This document shows positions 63,280-64,000 of a DNA stretch of 64,000 nt, one piece after another. The position numbers and the translations under genes are program-made. Under the pieces are notes generated by a model. That model saw only the letters and a list, made by a program, of their open reading frames with translations. It had not been told where the DNA came from and did no database searches. Source of the stretch: Malacoraja senta (Eukaryota); the NCBI GenBank assembly GCA_038087875.1, contig JAXLNO010000627.1, positions 496,001 through 560,000 on the forward strand. The letters run 5' to 3'. How positions within the stretch are numbered: the stretch's first letter is position 1; each line of letters starts with the position of its first letter.

Positions 63280-63935
63280 TCCAGATCGGTTAGGAAGGTG
63301 GGCAAGGAATAGCAGATGGGATTTAACTCTGGCAAATGTGAGGTGTTGCATTTTGGTTTGTCAAACCAGGGCAGGACTTACACAATAACTGGTAGAGGCC
63401 CTGGAGAATGGTGCGGAACACAGAGATCTGGGCATGCAGGTTAACTGTTGCCTTCGAGTGGTGAGCCAGGTGGATAGATCGGTGAATAAGGTATTTGGCA
63501 CACTTGGCTTCATTATGAAGGGTATTGAGCACATGAGGTGGGACATCATGATACAGCTGTGTAAGTGTTTGGTGAGAGCACACCAAGAGTACTGTGTGCA
63601 GTTATGGTCGCCCAGCTACAGGAATGATGTCATTGAGCTGGTAATGTTACTGAAGAGATTCACCAGGATGTTGCCTGGGCTTGCGGGTTTGAGTTAGAGA
63701 GGTTGGATAAGCTGGGATTTTTTTCTTTGGGGTGTAGGAGACTGAGAGGTGATGTTAGTGAGATGTACAAGATCATGAAGAGCAGAGATAAAGTGAACGT
63801 TCACAGTCTTTTTCCCAGGGTAGAGGATGCTAAAACTAGAGGGCATATGCTTAAAGTGAGAAGGAAGAGGGACTTTGGGGCATCTTTTTCACTCAGAGGG
63901 CAGTTCATATCTGGAATGAGCTGCCAGAGAATGGC
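63280..63935 (+). mobile_element. Old CR1 RT fragment
   Basis: KCEVLHFG and LVRAHQEYCVQLWSPSYRND..RFTRMLPG. Confidence 0.8.
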
Positions 63936-64000
63936 CTGGGTGCATTTGCACCATTGTAAAGTGTTTGGTGACACCAAGCAAAGGGGGGAGGTCGAGGTCA

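Noticed and set aside
1..64000. CRISPR arrays, rRNA, genuine tRNA genes or prokaryotic operons
   Set aside because: None were seen. The tRNA-like boxes belong to SINE heads, and the recombinase and methyltransferase motifs belong to DIRS elements.

Overview
Transposon-saturated vertebrate DNA, most likely from a cartilaginous fish (skate or ray). This is inferred from the CR1, V-SINE, Penelope and Rex repertoire and from a GPR139/142-like receptor remnant. The only recognisable host-gene remnant is a decayed GPR139/142-like GPCR exon at ~15.0-15.9 kb (minus). The rest is nested retroelements: two L1s (one with an intact ~1263-aa ORF2), two same-family DIRS tyrosine-recombinase retrotransposons, a young Mag-like Gypsy element with 210-bp LTRs, Penelope elements with hammerhead motifs, and many CR1, L2, Rex/Babar, Tx1 and SINE fragments. 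Highlights: (1) the intact-ORF2 L1 is flanked by a perfect 189-bp duplication inside a three-level DIRS>CR1>L1 nest; (2) short Penelope-derived fold-back insertions, one with a hammerhead core and a 14-bp TSD; (3) an unexplained ~110-bp module in about six same-strand copies at 44.8-59.4 kb, carrying Sox/Runx/octamer/E-box-like motifs and paired splice-like signals; (4) an identical 48-bp segment shared between a DIRS leader and nearby unique DNA. Boundaries of old fragments are approximate, all alignments were made by eye, and no database searches were run.
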